Assembly: GCA_017303995.1 (NCBI GenBank)
Contig: JAFLBE010000007.1
Coordinates: 26,163 to 90,162 of the forward strand
Length of the DNA: 64,000 bases
Origin: Bacteroidota bacterium
GTDB lineage: Bacteria; Bacteroidota; JABWAT01
Reading direction: 5' to 3'
Positions 18,884 to 28,827 of the stretch are shown one piece after another; the stretch's first letter is position 1; the number at the start of each line of letters is the position of its first letter. A program made the translations under genes and the position numbers. The notes beneath the pieces are model-generated. The model was given only the letters and a program-made list of their open reading frames with translations, was not told where the DNA came from and searched no databases.

Positions 18884-19381
18884 ATGCAGGCATTAATCCT
18901 CAATCAGAATTATCAGGCTGTTTCTGTAACCGATACAACCAACGCCTTCCTTCTGGTGTTTCTCGAAAAAGCTGAATTGCTTGAAATCTACGATGAACAG
19001 GTGCTTAAGACCATTTCCAAGTCGTATCCGATGCCAAGTATTATCAAATTGAAACGGTATATTTCCATTCCGTATCGAAATATTCTGCTTTCAAGAAAAA
19101 ATGTGATTAAAAGGGACAATCACAGGTGTCAATATTGTCATTCGGTTGCTGCAGATCTGACGGTTGATCACATTCTTCCAAAATCACTAGGCGGACAGGA
19201 TACATGGGAAAATCTGACAACCGCCTGCCACCGTTGTAATCACAAAAAAGGAAACCGGACGCCAGAACAGGCGGGAATGATCTTGCTAAGTAAGCCTTTT
19301 AAACCGAATCATGTGCTTTTTCTTCGCCAGAATGTCGCAAAAATCCACGAAAAGTGGAAACCCTATTTATTTCTGTCCTGA
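18884..19381 (+). CDS. HNH endonuclease (small stand-alone HNH nuclease)
   Basis: CQYCHS...DHILPKSLGG...WENLTTACHRCNHKKGN is a canonical HNH zinc-finger/catalytic His motif. Confidence 0.85.
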   Translation: MQALILNQNYQAVSVTDTTNAFLLVFLEKAELLEIYDEQVLKTISKSYPMPSIIKLKRYISIPYRNILLSRKNVIKRDNHRCQYCHSVAADLTVDHILPKSLGGQDTWENLTTACHRCNHKKGNRTPEQAGMILLSKPFKPNHVLFLRQNVAKIHEKWKPYLFLS

Positions 19382-19586
19382 AATTGTTTAATATTGTACT
19401 TCGAATTCAGACTCCGGCTCAAACAAGGGCACCAAAATCCAATCTTCTGTTCCCGTTACTCAACGGAATCCTTCGGGACAGGAACCATTGCCGGAGCATT
19501 CACACAGTTTCCAAATAATCGACCCGGAACACTTTGCTCCAGTTAACTGTTTTTATATCTCCGACTAAACTAAAATTCCGTTTTTA

Positions 19587-20564
19587 ATGAAAAAAACAAT
19601 CCTATCCGGTATGCGACCTACCGGCAGGCTCCACATTGGTCATTATGTGGGTGCCCTCGAAAACTGGGTTTCCCTTCAGGGCGATTACCAGAATTACCAT
19701 CTTGTTGCTGATCTCCATGTTCTGACTACCAATACCAATACTTCAAATATTGAAGACTACACACTTGATATGGTGATGGATTGGATTGCCTCTGGCATCG
19801 ATCCTGAAAAAAGTCCCATGTTCCGCCAAAGTCAGATTAAACAGCACTCAGAACTTTTCCTCATTTTTTGTATGCTGATCACCAAGTCCCGGCTTGAGCG
19901 CAATCCAACGCTGAAGGAACAGGTTCGGGATATGGAAATTGACAATATGATTTACGGACATTTAGGGTACCCGGTACTTCAGGCTGCTGACATCCTTCTT
20001 TACAAAGGGAATCTGGTTCCGGTTGGTGAAGACCAGCTTTCTCACATCGAGATTACCAGAGAAATTGCCCGGAAATTCAATTTTGAGTACGGAAATGTAT
20101 TTCCTGAACCTGATCCGAAATTGACTAAATTTTCGAGACTTCCCGGTCTTGACGGAAAAGCTAAAATGTCAAAATCTCTTGGCAATACAATTTTTCTTTC
20201 TGATGCGCCGGAAGATATTTTTGCCAGCGTTAAAAAAGCAGTTACCGATACCCAAAAACAACGCAAAAACGATCCAGGCCGCCCGGAAGTTTGCACAGTT
20301 TATACCTACCATGAAAAGTTTAATCCGGCTGAAACAGAAACCATTGCTGCAGATTGCAGGAGCGGTGCTTTAGGTTGTGTAGATTGTAAAAAACGGTGCG
20401 CAACTGCAATTTCCGACTTTTTTGAACCCATCAGAGAACGTCGTGCTCCGCTTGCAGCAAATCCTGAAAAAGTAAAAGAGATTCTGCTTGATGGTGAAAC
20501 CAAAGCCAGAAAAGTTGCTGAAGAAACCATGCGTCAGGTTCACGAAGCCATGAAACTGGGTTAA
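19587..20564 (+). CDS. trpS: Tryptophan--tRNA ligase
   Basis: SGMRPTGRLHIGHYVG (HIGH) and KMSKS (AKMSKSLGN) class I motifs. 325 aa. Confidence 0.95.
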   Translation: MKKTILSGMRPTGRLHIGHYVGALENWVSLQGDYQNYHLVADLHVLTTNTNTSNIEDYTLDMVMDWIASGIDPEKSPMFRQSQIKQHSELFLIFCMLITKSRLERNPTLKEQVRDMEIDNMIYGHLGYPVLQAADILLYKGNLVPVGEDQLSHIEITREIARKFNFEYGNVFPEPDPKLTKFSRLPGLDGKAKMSKSLGNTIFLSDAPEDIFASVKKAVTDTQKQRKNDPGRPEVCTVYTYHEKFNPAETETIAADCRSGALGCVDCKKRCATAISDFFEPIRERRAPLAANPEKVKEILLDGETKARKVAEETMRQVHEAMKLG

Positions 20565-21334
20565 TGTATAAAGTTTCTCTTGACCATTTTGAAGGTCCGC
20601 TTGACCTTCTTTTATTTTTTATCCGGCGTGATGAAGTCAATATATATGACATTCCAATCGCCAGAATCACAAACGAATTTCTTGAATACGTTCATTACAT
20701 CAGACAGTTAGATCTTGAAGTTGCCAGTGATTTTATCTACATGGCCACCTATCTGCTGAGTATCAAGGCCAGAATGTTGCTGCCGGCAGAACCAGGCGAA
20801 GATGGTGAAATTGAAGATCCCAGAACTGAACTGATGACCATGCTGCTTGAGCACAGTCAGTTCAAGGAAGCTGCTGCTGACCTTCTAAAACTTGAAAATG
20901 AGAGAAGTGTTTTTTTTCAACGGCTTCAGTTTGATGCTGAAAAGAAAATGGCAGAATCTAACACCGACCCGGGATTGGACATTCTTCTTGAGAATGTGAC
21001 GCTGTTTGATTTGATGCTGGTTTATCGCAAGGTCATTCAGAATACGCCAAAAGTAACTTATCATGAAGTGAAGAAAATCAGCGTAACCATCGAAGATCAG
21101 ATCAAAGTGGTTGGTGAGTGGCTGGATAGAAAAGAACGGTTTGCCTTCAGTGAGTTGTTCAAAGAAATTCAGGAAAAAATTGTTCTCATCATTACTTTTC
21201 TTGCCATTCTCGAAATGACAAAATTACAAAAAATCACCTTATTTATTTCTGAAAACCTGACTGATTTTTATGTGGTCAGACGAACTGAAACCGACGAAGA
21301 TGTGAACGGGGAACTCTCAAACTATGGCGGATGA
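20564..21334 (+). CDS. scpA: Segregation and condensation protein A
   Basis: ScpA N-terminus FEGPLDLLLFFIRRDEVNIYDIPIA. It overlaps the trpS stop by 1 nt and scpB by 11 nt. Confidence 0.85.
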   Translation: MYKVSLDHFEGPLDLLLFFIRRDEVNIYDIPIARITNEFLEYVHYIRQLDLEVASDFIYMATYLLSIKARMLLPAEPGEDGEIEDPRTELMTMLLEHSQFKEAAADLLKLENERSVFFQRLQFDAEKKMAESNTDPGLDILLENVTLFDLMLVYRKVIQNTPKVTYHEVKKISVTIEDQIKVVGEWLDRKERFAFSELFKEIQEKIVLIITFLAILEMTKLQKITLFISENLTDFYVVRRTETDEDVNGELSNYGG

Positions 21335-22049
21335 ATTAAAAAATCAGCCAATTCCTCAGGCTGATACAACCGATGATTTGTTTGTGCCTGATGATACCCT
21401 TATGCCCATTGTTGAAGCATTGATTTTTGCTTCTGAAGCACCGGTTTCGCTTTCTTCTCTTAAATTATTGCTTGATGAAGAATATGCCGTTTTGGGCAGT
21501 GGTGGTGTGCCTGAAGGTCGGATTGTTGAAGTCATCGACCGGCTTAACCGCCAATACGAAGATCAGAAACGTGCGTTTTTAATCCGGTATATTGCTGATG
21601 GCTATTTGTTCATGACTCATGAAAACCAGGCTGGCTGGGTCGCCAAATTATACCGGAACAAACAAAGTAAACGTATCAACCAAACTGCACTTGAAACCCT
21701 TGCAATTATTGCTTACAAGCAACCAATCTCTAAACCGGAGATTGAAAATATCCGTCGTGCCTCAGCCGATTACTCAGTCAAAATTCTTTTGGAACGAAAT
21801 TTGATAACTGTTGTAGGCCGTGCCGAAACCGTCGGGAAACCCCTCCTGTACGGCTCTACCCGTGAATTCCTGCTTCATTTCGGATTAAAGTCCATTACGG
21901 AACTTCCGAAACTCAGAGAAATCTCTGAAATTATGAAGGATGATGAATTTGAATTTGAACAGCAAATGAGAATAAAAATGGAGGATTCGGATGCCGGAAA
22001 CCCGGCAGACACATCCCCGGAGCAGAATGATGAACAACTCGAATCGTAA
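21324..22049 (+). CDS. scpB: Segregation and condensation protein B
   Basis: ScpB winged-helix pair, acidic C-terminus, translationally coupled to scpA. Confidence 0.85.
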   Translation: MADELKNQPIPQADTTDDLFVPDDTLMPIVEALIFASEAPVSLSSLKLLLDEEYAVLGSGGVPEGRIVEVIDRLNRQYEDQKRAFLIRYIADGYLFMTHENQAGWVAKLYRNKQSKRINQTALETLAIIAYKQPISKPEIENIRRASADYSVKILLERNLITVVGRAETVGKPLLYGSTREFLLHFGLKSITELPKLREISEIMKDDEFEFEQQMRIKMEDSDAGNPADTSPEQNDEQLES

Positions 22050-23304
22050 ACCCTACGGTAATAAATATAAGAAAAGCCGTACTCCCCACGGCAACTCTAG
22101 CCATCCCGGCAGCCACAATCCGAACAGGGATGAACCCAATTTCAATCTGAAAAGTGAAATTGATGAATATGGCGTCAGGACAACAAAGTCACGGCAGTAC
22201 ATTGAGAAAGAACACCGCAAATACGGTTATTCTGTTGATACCCTCAACGGAAATGCAACTCAAAAGCATAACAGTGACATTCTCCCGAACGTAAGCAAAG
22301 TCTGGCGCCCGGATAATGAAATTTCTGTTGGCACCGGCGGAATTTCAAAGGCAACCGGCCAGAGAAAAAGCCACTATGGAACAAAACCGGCACCTTCAAA
22401 TACCGGTCATCCCGGTCAGCGCCGTAAAATTGATAATTCAACACCCGCTCTTGGTGGACCTTCAACCGGACGGAATTCAGATTCAAGCGGACCAGGCAAG
22501 CCGAATACCAATCAGAAACGTGGTAAACCATTCCGTCCAAAACAAAAGGTTTCGGGTGTGCCCAAAACCGCTGAAGAGGGTGAGCTAAGACTAAATAAAT
22601 ATCTCTCCCAGCAAGGTGTTTCTTCCCGCCGTCATGCAGATGAGTTAATCGAAGCCGGAAAAGTTAAAATCAACGGAAAAGTGGTTAAGGAACTCGGTGT
22701 AAAAGTCGACCCAACAACTGATAAAATTTCAGTAGCTGGTCTTGAAGTTTCGAATAAACCCGAACCAAACTACTACCTGGTGATGAATAAACCGAAAGAT
22801 ACCATTACAACCCGGGCAGATGAAAAAGACCGGAAAATTGTTATGGATCTGATCGACGAAGATCTACGCAAAAAAGTGGTTCCAGTTGGTCGCCTTGACC
22901 GGGATACCACCGGAACTTTGCTCCTGACAAACGATGGTGAACTGACTTATCGCCTAACTCATCCATCCTATCAGGTTCCAAGGGTTTATCATGTCATTCT
23001 TGACAAGAAAATCCTGAAAAAAACCATGGATACAATTCTCTCAGGTGTGATGATCGATGGTGAAGCTGCTGTTGTAAGTTCAATCGAATACAACATTGAT
23101 AAAAAGAATGAAGTCTTTCTGACCCTGAACGAAGGTAAGAACAGAGAAGTAAGAAAGATTTTCGAAACAGTTGGTTATGTGGTTGAGAAACTTGACCGGA
23201 TCACCTTTGCAGGGATGAACTGTGAAGGTCTGAAAAGGGGAGAATTCCGCCAGCTGACCAAATCTGAAATCACCTACCTGAAATCAATTGTGGACATCCG
23301 ATGA
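21991..23304 (+). CDS. rluB: 23S rRNA pseudouridine synthase (RluB/RsuA family) with ~190-aa basic, low-complexity N-terminal extension
   Basis: S4 domain LRLNKYLSQQGVSSRRHADELIEAGKVKINGK and catalytic PVGRLDRDTTGTLLLTNDG. Precise start is uncertain (it overlaps the scpB end). A long stop-free run supports coding. Confidence 0.8.
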   Translation: MPETRQTHPRSRMMNNSNRKPYGNKYKKSRTPHGNSSHPGSHNPNRDEPNFNLKSEIDEYGVRTTKSRQYIEKEHRKYGYSVDTLNGNATQKHNSDILPNVSKVWRPDNEISVGTGGISKATGQRKSHYGTKPAPSNTGHPGQRRKIDNSTPALGGPSTGRNSDSSGPGKPNTNQKRGKPFRPKQKVSGVPKTAEEGELRLNKYLSQQGVSSRRHADELIEAGKVKINGKVVKELGVKVDPTTDKISVAGLEVSNKPEPNYYLVMNKPKDTITTRADEKDRKIVMDLIDEDLRKKVVPVGRLDRDTTGTLLLTNDGELTYRLTHPSYQVPRVYHVILDKKILKKTMDTILSGVMIDGEAAVVSSIEYNIDKKNEVFLTLNEGKNREVRKIFETVGYVVEKLDRITFAGMNCEGLKRGEFRQLTKSEITYLKSIVDIR

Positions 23305-24683
23305 GTATTGCCCGGATCATCGCCATTGATGATTATCAGGCTACACTTGAAAGTCTGACTGTTTTGCTTGAGGCGAATAATTATGAAGTTGTGACCGCTG
23401 ACAACGGCATAACCGGACTTAAATTGCTCAACAGTCAGGACTTTGATCTTGTTCTTCTCGATGTTAAAATGCCCGGCATGGATGGGTTTGAGGTTATTGA
23501 AAAACTCAAACGTGAAAAACCGGAAATTCCAGTAATTATCATGTCTGCCCATGATTCGGCAAATACTGCAATCCGTGCAGCCGGAATGGGTGCTTTTGAC
23601 TTCCTCGAAAAACCTCTCGATACCGACCGTCTACTCATTACCATCAGAAACGGACTCGAAAAAGGTCGTTTGGTAAAAGAAAACAAAAAGCTGAAGGTTC
23701 AGGTTGAAGGAACTTACGATATCATCGGAGTTTCAAAACCCATTCAGCAAATTCGGGAAATGATTTTCAGGGTTGCAAAAACCGAAGCACGGGTTCTGAT
23801 AACCGGTGAAAACGGAACCGGTAAAGAGTTGGTCGCCCGTGCCATCCATAAACATTCCGCCAGAAATGCAGCCCCCCTTGTTGAAATAAATTGTGCTGCC
23901 ATCCCCCATGAACTGATTGAAAGTGAACTATTCGGTCATGAAAAAGGATCATTTACCGGAGCTACTGTTCAGCGTCTTGGTAAATTTGAACAGGCTCAGG
24001 GTGGAACTCTTTTCATGGATGAAGTGGGCGACATGTCGCTTTCAGCTCAGGCAAAAGTACTCAGAGCCCTTCAGAATAATACCATTCAGCGGGTTGGCGG
24101 TTCAGAAAGCATCACCGTTGACGTTCGGGTAATTGCTGCAACCAATAAAAATCTCCGTGAAGCTATCGACGAAGGTAAATTCCGTGAAGATTTGTATCAC
24201 CGCTTGAATGTAATTCCAATTCATGTTCCGCCACTTCGTGAGCGCCGTGAAGATATTCCAATTCTCCTTAAGCATTTTTCAAAGGAATTGGCAGCAAAAT
24301 ATCAGGTTTCAGAAAAGGATTTTGATCAGCGATCCCTTGAAATATTACAAAGTCTCGAATGGACGGGCAACGTTCGTGAGCTTCAAAATATGGCTGAACG
24401 CCTCATGATACTCAGCCGTGCCGATCTGATCACCGAACAGGATGTGAGTCAGTTTGTTACTCTCGATATCAATAAAGTGCTTCCGGGAAATGATCTTTTT
24501 GATCTCTATGATGATTTTCAAACATTTAAAGACATGATTGAAAAGCTGTTTATTGAAAGAAAACTAGAAAAATACGCCTGGAATATTTCGAAAACGGCTG
24601 AAGCACTCGATATTCAGAGAAGCCATTTATACAATAAAATCGAAAAATACGGCATCAAACGGTCTGAAGGTGATAACGGATGA
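23301..24683 (+). CDS. Sigma-54-dependent two-component response regulator (NtrC/AtoC family: REC-AAA-Fis HTH)
   Basis: REC domain (DD...D...K), sigma-54 interaction domain GENGTGKE...GAFTGA-like ...[16 protein letters not shown]-terminal HTH. Confidence 0.9.
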   Translation: MSIARIIAIDDYQATLESLTVLLEANNYEVVTADNGITGLKLLNSQDFDLVLLDVKMPGMDGFEVIEKLKREKPEIPVIIMSAHDSANTAIRAAGMGAFDFLEKPLDTDRLLITIRNGLEKGRLVKENKKLKVQVEGTYDIIGVSKPIQQIREMIFRVAKTEARVLITGENGTGKELVARAIHKHSARNAAPLVEINCAAIPHELIESELFGHEKGSFTGATVQRLGKFEQAQGGTLFMDEVGDMSLSAQAKVLRALQNNTIQRVGGSESITVDVRVIAATNKNLREAIDEGKFREDLYHRLNVIPIHVPPLRERREDIPILLKHFSKELAAKYQVSEKDFDQRSLEILQSLEWTGNVRELQNMAERLMILSRADLITEQDVSQFVTLDINKVLPGNDLFDLYDDFQTFKDMIEKLFIERKLEKYAWNISKTAEALDIQRSHLYNKIEKYGIKRSEGDNG

Positions 24684-25360
24684 GCAATCCACTTTTCCGT
24701 CTTGAAAACCTGCACAAATCTTACAAACGTGAAGGTCGTGATGACCTTGAAGTTTTACGTGGCATTTCACTTTCCGTCGAAGAAAAATCATTTTTAACCA
24801 TCGTTGGCCGTTCTGGTTCAGGGAAAAGTACCATTCTGCAGCTCATGGCTGCCTTTGATAAACCCACTCAGGGTCATGTTTTTTTCCGTGAATCCAATCT
24901 TACTTCAAAGAATGATGAAGCTTTGAGTCTTTACAGAAATAAACACATTGGGTTCATTTTTCAGTTTCACCATCTGTTGCCTGAGTTTTCTGCTTTGGAA
25001 AATGTCATGATTCCGGGTCTGATCAGGCAAACGGGTAAACGGAATGAAATCGAGAAAAAAGCTGTTGATCTTTTAAATCTGGTCGGTTTGGCTGAACGTT
25101 CAGATCATAAACCATCTCAAATGAGTGGTGGTGAACAGCAGCGGGTTGCAATTGCCCGTTCCCTGATGAATGAACCTGAAGTTATTTTTGCTGATGAACC
25201 AACCGGAAATCTGGATTCAGCCAATTCGGAACTTGTTTATACTTTACTTGAAAAAATCCACAGAGATTTAAATACTACCCTGATCGTGGTAACCCATAAT
25301 GCCGATCTCGCCGGAATGGGACAAATTCGTTTAGAAATTAAAGATGGAATGTTTTGCTGA
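24680..25360 (+). CDS. ABC transporter ATP-binding protein (LolD/FtsE-like)
   Basis: Walker [10 protein letters not shown], signature [15 protein letters not shown], Walker [12 protein letters not shown]. The ATGA overlap with the upstream regulator is read directly. Confidence 0.8.
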   Translation: MSNPLFRLENLHKSYKREGRDDLEVLRGISLSVEEKSFLTIVGRSGSGKSTILQLMAAFDKPTQGHVFFRESNLTSKNDEALSLYRNKHIGFIFQFHHLLPEFSALENVMIPGLIRQTGKRNEIEKKAVDLLNLVGLAERSDHKPSQMSGGEQQRVAIARSLMNEPEVIFADEPTGNLDSANSELVYTLLEKIHRDLNTTLIVVTHNADLAGMGQIRLEIKDGMFC

Positions 25361-26301
25361 TGGTGAATGAACCTTTAATTCAATCTGATCTTGCACAAAA
25401 AATAAATCTTCTGAAAAAGGAAATGAATGCCGTTATTCTGGCACATTACTATCAGGATGGTGAAATTCAGGATATTGCTGATTTCGTTGGTGACTCGCTC
25501 CAGCTTGCCCAGGCAGCCGTTAAAACTCAGGCAGACGTGATTGTCTTTGCCGGTGTTCATTTTATGGCTGAAACTGCAAAAATTCTGAATCCGGATAAAC
25601 TCGTTCTTCTGCCTGATTTGAATGCAGGCTGCTCGCTTGCAGATGATTGTCCCTACGATGATTTCAAAGCTTTCCGTGGAAAATATCCCGATCACAAAGT
25701 ATTATCTTACATCAATTGTTCTGCTGCAATTAAAACATTGTCTGATGTGATCGTGACCAGCTCAAACGCTGAAAAAATTGTCAGATCCTTTCCCGAAAAT
25801 CAACCACTTATTTTTGCTCCCGATAAAAATCTGGGAGCGTACCTCAATAAGAAATTGGGAAAAAATATGATTTTGTGGGATGGTTCCTGCCAGGTTCACG
25901 AGGTATTTTCTGAAAGAAAGATGATTGATCTGAAACTCCGTCATCCTGAAGCTTTAATTCTTGCCCATCCGGAATGTACCGAATCCATTTTAAATCATGC
26001 TGATTATATCGGATCAACAACCGGAATCCTGAATTATGCTGTAAGTTCACCTGCAAAAGAATTCATTGTCGTAACTGAACCCGGAATTATCCATCAGATG
26101 GGAAAAGCATGTCCGGATAAAGTTTTTATTCCTGCTCCCCCTGAAGCAAACTGTGCCTGTAATGAATGCCCGCACATGAAACTGAACACCATGGAGAAAA
26201 TTTACCTTGCCATGAAAAACAAGTTTCCTGAAATCATTCTGGACGCAGAAACCCTCAGACTTGCCCGTTTACCCATCGATAAAATGCTGGCTTTGAGCTG
26301 A
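25354..26301 (+). CDS. nadA: Quinolinate synthase A
   Basis: NadA fold with conserved Cys (CSLADDC...). Adjacent to nadB. Confidence 0.95.
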   Translation: MLMVNEPLIQSDLAQKINLLKKEMNAVILAHYYQDGEIQDIADFVGDSLQLAQAAVKTQADVIVFAGVHFMAETAKILNPDKLVLLPDLNAGCSLADDCPYDDFKAFRGKYPDHKVLSYINCSAAIKTLSDVIVTSSNAEKIVRSFPENQPLIFAPDKNLGAYLNKKLGKNMILWDGSCQVHEVFSERKMIDLKLRHPEALILAHPECTESILNHADYIGSTTGILNYAVSSPAKEFIVVTEPGIIHQMGKACPDKVFIPAPPEANCACNECPHMKLNTMEKIYLAMKNKFPEIILDAETLRLARLPIDKMLALS

Positions 26302-26302
26302 T

Positions 26303-27892
26303 ATGATTTTTATATCTGATTTTCTTGTTATCGGAAGCGGAATTGCCGGACTCAGTTATGCACTGAAAGCTGCAAAACACGGCACTGTTCATGTCATAAC
26401 CAAAAAAGATTCAGCTGAGTCTAGCACAAACTACGCTCAGGGTGGCATCGCTGCTGTTTTCTCGCCTACTGATACCTTTGACTCCCATATTCAGGATACG
26501 TTGATTGCCGGCGATGGTCTTTGTGATCTTGAAGCGGTTACTCAGCTCGTGAAAGAAGGCCCGGAACGGATCAACGAACTCATCGAGATCGGCGTTAAAT
26601 TTTCTGAACGCAATGGTGAAATTGAACTTGTGAAAGAGGGTGGGCATTCCATCCACCGGATTCTTCATGCAAAAGATCTTACCGGTAAGGAAATTGAACG
26701 GGCTTTACTTGCTGCAACAACAGAAGATGAGTCGATTCAGGTTTTTGAACACCGTCAAGCTATTGATCTTATCACCGAACATCACTCTGGCGGCGTTATG
26801 AAAGACGGTCATCCAACCTGTTTTGGTGCCTATGTATTAAATCCGGATTCGGGTAAAATTGATATATTTCTCTCAAAAATTACATATTTGTGTACAGGTG
26901 GTGCTGGTCAGGTTTATTTGCACACAACAAACCCAGGAATTGCAACTGGTGACGGAATTGCAATGGCTCATCGTGCCGGAGCGACAGTTGGTAACCTTGA
27001 ATTTATGCAATTTCATCCAACAAGCCTGTATTCAAAAACAAGAAAACGGTTTTTGATTTCAGAAGCAGTAAGAGGGCACGGTGCCATTCTCAGGAATAAA
27101 ACCGGTGAACGGTTTATGGAAAAGGTTGATCCACGTCTTGAACTGGCAACCCGTGATATTGTTGCACGTGCAATTGACCGTGAGATGAAGCAAAGTGGTG
27201 ATGATTATGTTTTACTTGATCTTTCCAGTCTGCCCGCTGAAGATATTAAAGACCATTTCCCGAATATCTTTCAAACCTGTCTGAAAGAGGGAATTGACAT
27301 TACCAAAGAACCCATCCCAGTCGTTCCTGCTGCACATTATATGTGTGGTGGCGTTAAGTGTGATCTTGACGGTAAAACAGCGATCCGGAACTTATATGTT
27401 GGTGGAGAAACTGCTTTCACCGGTGTTCACGGCGCAAACCGGCTTGCTTCAAACTCACTTCTTGAAGCGGTTGTCTGGGCTCACCGCTCAGTTGAAGATG
27501 CGGTAAAAGTTTTACCTGACCTTCACTTTCAAACCCGGAAAATTCCCGAGTGGGATGACAAGGGAACTACAAATGCTGAAGAATGGATCCTTGTTTCTCA
27601 TAGTTTTAATGAAATCAAAACAATAATGTGGGATTATGTCGGGATTGTAAGAAGTAACCTTCGTTTGGAACGTGCTCAAAGGCGAATTGCTTTTCTCAGT
27701 AAAGAAGTTGATGAATTTTACCGGAGAACCCGGCTGACCCCTGAAATTGTGGAACTTAGAAATCTGGTTTTGGTTGCCTCACTCATTATTGAATGTGCTT
27801 TTCTGAGGAAAGAAAGCAGAGGACTTCACTTTACAACCGATTTTCCAGGCAAATCAGATGAAAATCCACCAGTAAACACGGTTTTATTGTGA
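26303..27892 (+). CDS. nadB: L-aspartate oxidase
   Basis: FAD-binding VIGSGIAGLSYAL, succinate dehydrogenase/fumarate reductase flavoprotein family, RLELATRDIVARAI. Confidence 0.95.
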   Translation: MIFISDFLVIGSGIAGLSYALKAAKHGTVHVITKKDSAESSTNYAQGGIAAVFSPTDTFDSHIQDTLIAGDGLCDLEAVTQLVKEGPERINELIEIGVKFSERNGEIELVKEGGHSIHRILHAKDLTGKEIERALLAATTEDESIQVFEHRQAIDLITEHHSGGVMKDGHPTCFGAYVLNPDSGKIDIFLSKITYLCTGGAGQVYLHTTNPGIATGDGIAMAHRAGATVGNLEFMQFHPTSLYSKTRKRFLISEAVRGHGAILRNKTGERFMEKVDPRLELATRDIVARAIDREMKQSGDDYVLLDLSSLPAEDIKDHFPNIFQTCLKEGIDITKEPIPVVPAAHYMCGGVKCDLDGKTAIRNLYVGGETAFTGVHGANRLASNSLLEAVVWAHRSVEDAVKVLPDLHFQTRKIPEWDDKGTTNAEEWILVSHSFNEIKTIMWDYVGIVRSNLRLERAQRRIAFLSKEVDEFYRRTRLTPEIVELRNLVLVASLIIECAFLRKESRGLHFTTDFPGKSDENPPVNTVLL

Positions 27893-27969
27893 TTTATTCC
27901 GGATTTTTAATTAGATTGGTTTTATAATTCAAAATCACTTTCTATATTTATGCCTTTGATTTTCCGGAG

Positions 27970-28827
27970 ATGTCAATGTGGACAATGAAAAGCATTCTAG
28001 TTCCAACTGATTTCAGTAGTCATTCTGAACTTGCACTTCGGCAAGCTGAAGCTTTTGCCAAAGTTTATAATGCTCAACTTGAAATTCTTCATGTTACCGA
28101 TTTTGAAAAGGTTGCCAATGATTATACCGGTCACCGGGGATCAAAAGAGAGTCTGATCAAGGTTATTGAGAATGAAGCTGAACTCAAGGTGAACAAGCTC
28201 ATAAAAGAAAGAAACTGGAACGGTTTAAAGGCAATAGGTATTAATATTACCGGCAGTGCAATTGACCGAATTGTTCATGTTGCCAGATCCAGAAAAAGCG
28301 ATGTTGTGCTGATGGCTACCCGCGGGCGTGGTAACGCTACTGATTTCGTACTTGGATCAACAACCTATAAAGTGATCAGAACTGCGCCTTGTCCCGTTTT
28401 ATCCATTCCGAATCCCAAAAACGATTTATCTGTCACTTCTGTTCTGTTTCCAACCGATTTTTCAAATAACTCCTATCTTGGATATGAATATGCGGTTTCG
28501 GTTGCCAAGCAATTTAATTCCAAGCTTCATATTCTGCACATTGTTGATGATAAAACTCCCGATATGGATGTTGTAGAACAAAAATTTACAGCTTTAAAAT
28601 CAGCTGCCCATGCTGAAGGGGTTTTAAACGTCAACTCTACTATTGCCAAAGACCGGGATGCCAGCGATGGAATTAAAAACTTCGTGGACAAAAGCGGAAT
28701 TGATTTTATTGTGATTGCAACACATGGTCACGGCGGGGTCAAACAATATTTTCTGGGTTCGACAACAGTTGATGTTATTACAAGATCTCAGGTTCCAGTT
28801 TTACTGATCAGACAAATGGAATACTAA
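27970..28827 (+). CDS. Universal stress protein, tandem UspA domains
   Basis: Two UspA repeats, each with ILVPTDFS...HV... and a G-x2-G-x9-G-S ATP motif (VLGSTTYKVI / FLGSTTVDVI). Confidence 0.8.
   Translation: MSMWTMKSILVPTDFSSHSELALRQAEAFAKVYNAQLEILHVTDFEKVANDYTGHRGSKESLIKVIENEAELKVNKLIKERNWNGLKAIGINITGSAIDRIVHVARSRKSDVVLMATRGRGNATDFVLGSTTYKVIRTAPCPVLSIPNPKNDLSVTSVLFPTDFSNNSYLGYEYAVSVAKQFNSKLHILHIVDDKTPDMDVVEQKFTALKSAAHAEGVLNVNSTIAKDRDASDGIKNFVDKSGIDFIVIATHGHGGVKQYFLGSTTVDVITRSQVPVLLIRQMEY

Noticed and set aside
19382-19586. Possible T-box leader upstream of trpS.
   Set aside because: No T-box consensus (AAUUAGGGUGGNACCGCG-like) or specifier-loop architecture is visible; only short unrelated hairpins.
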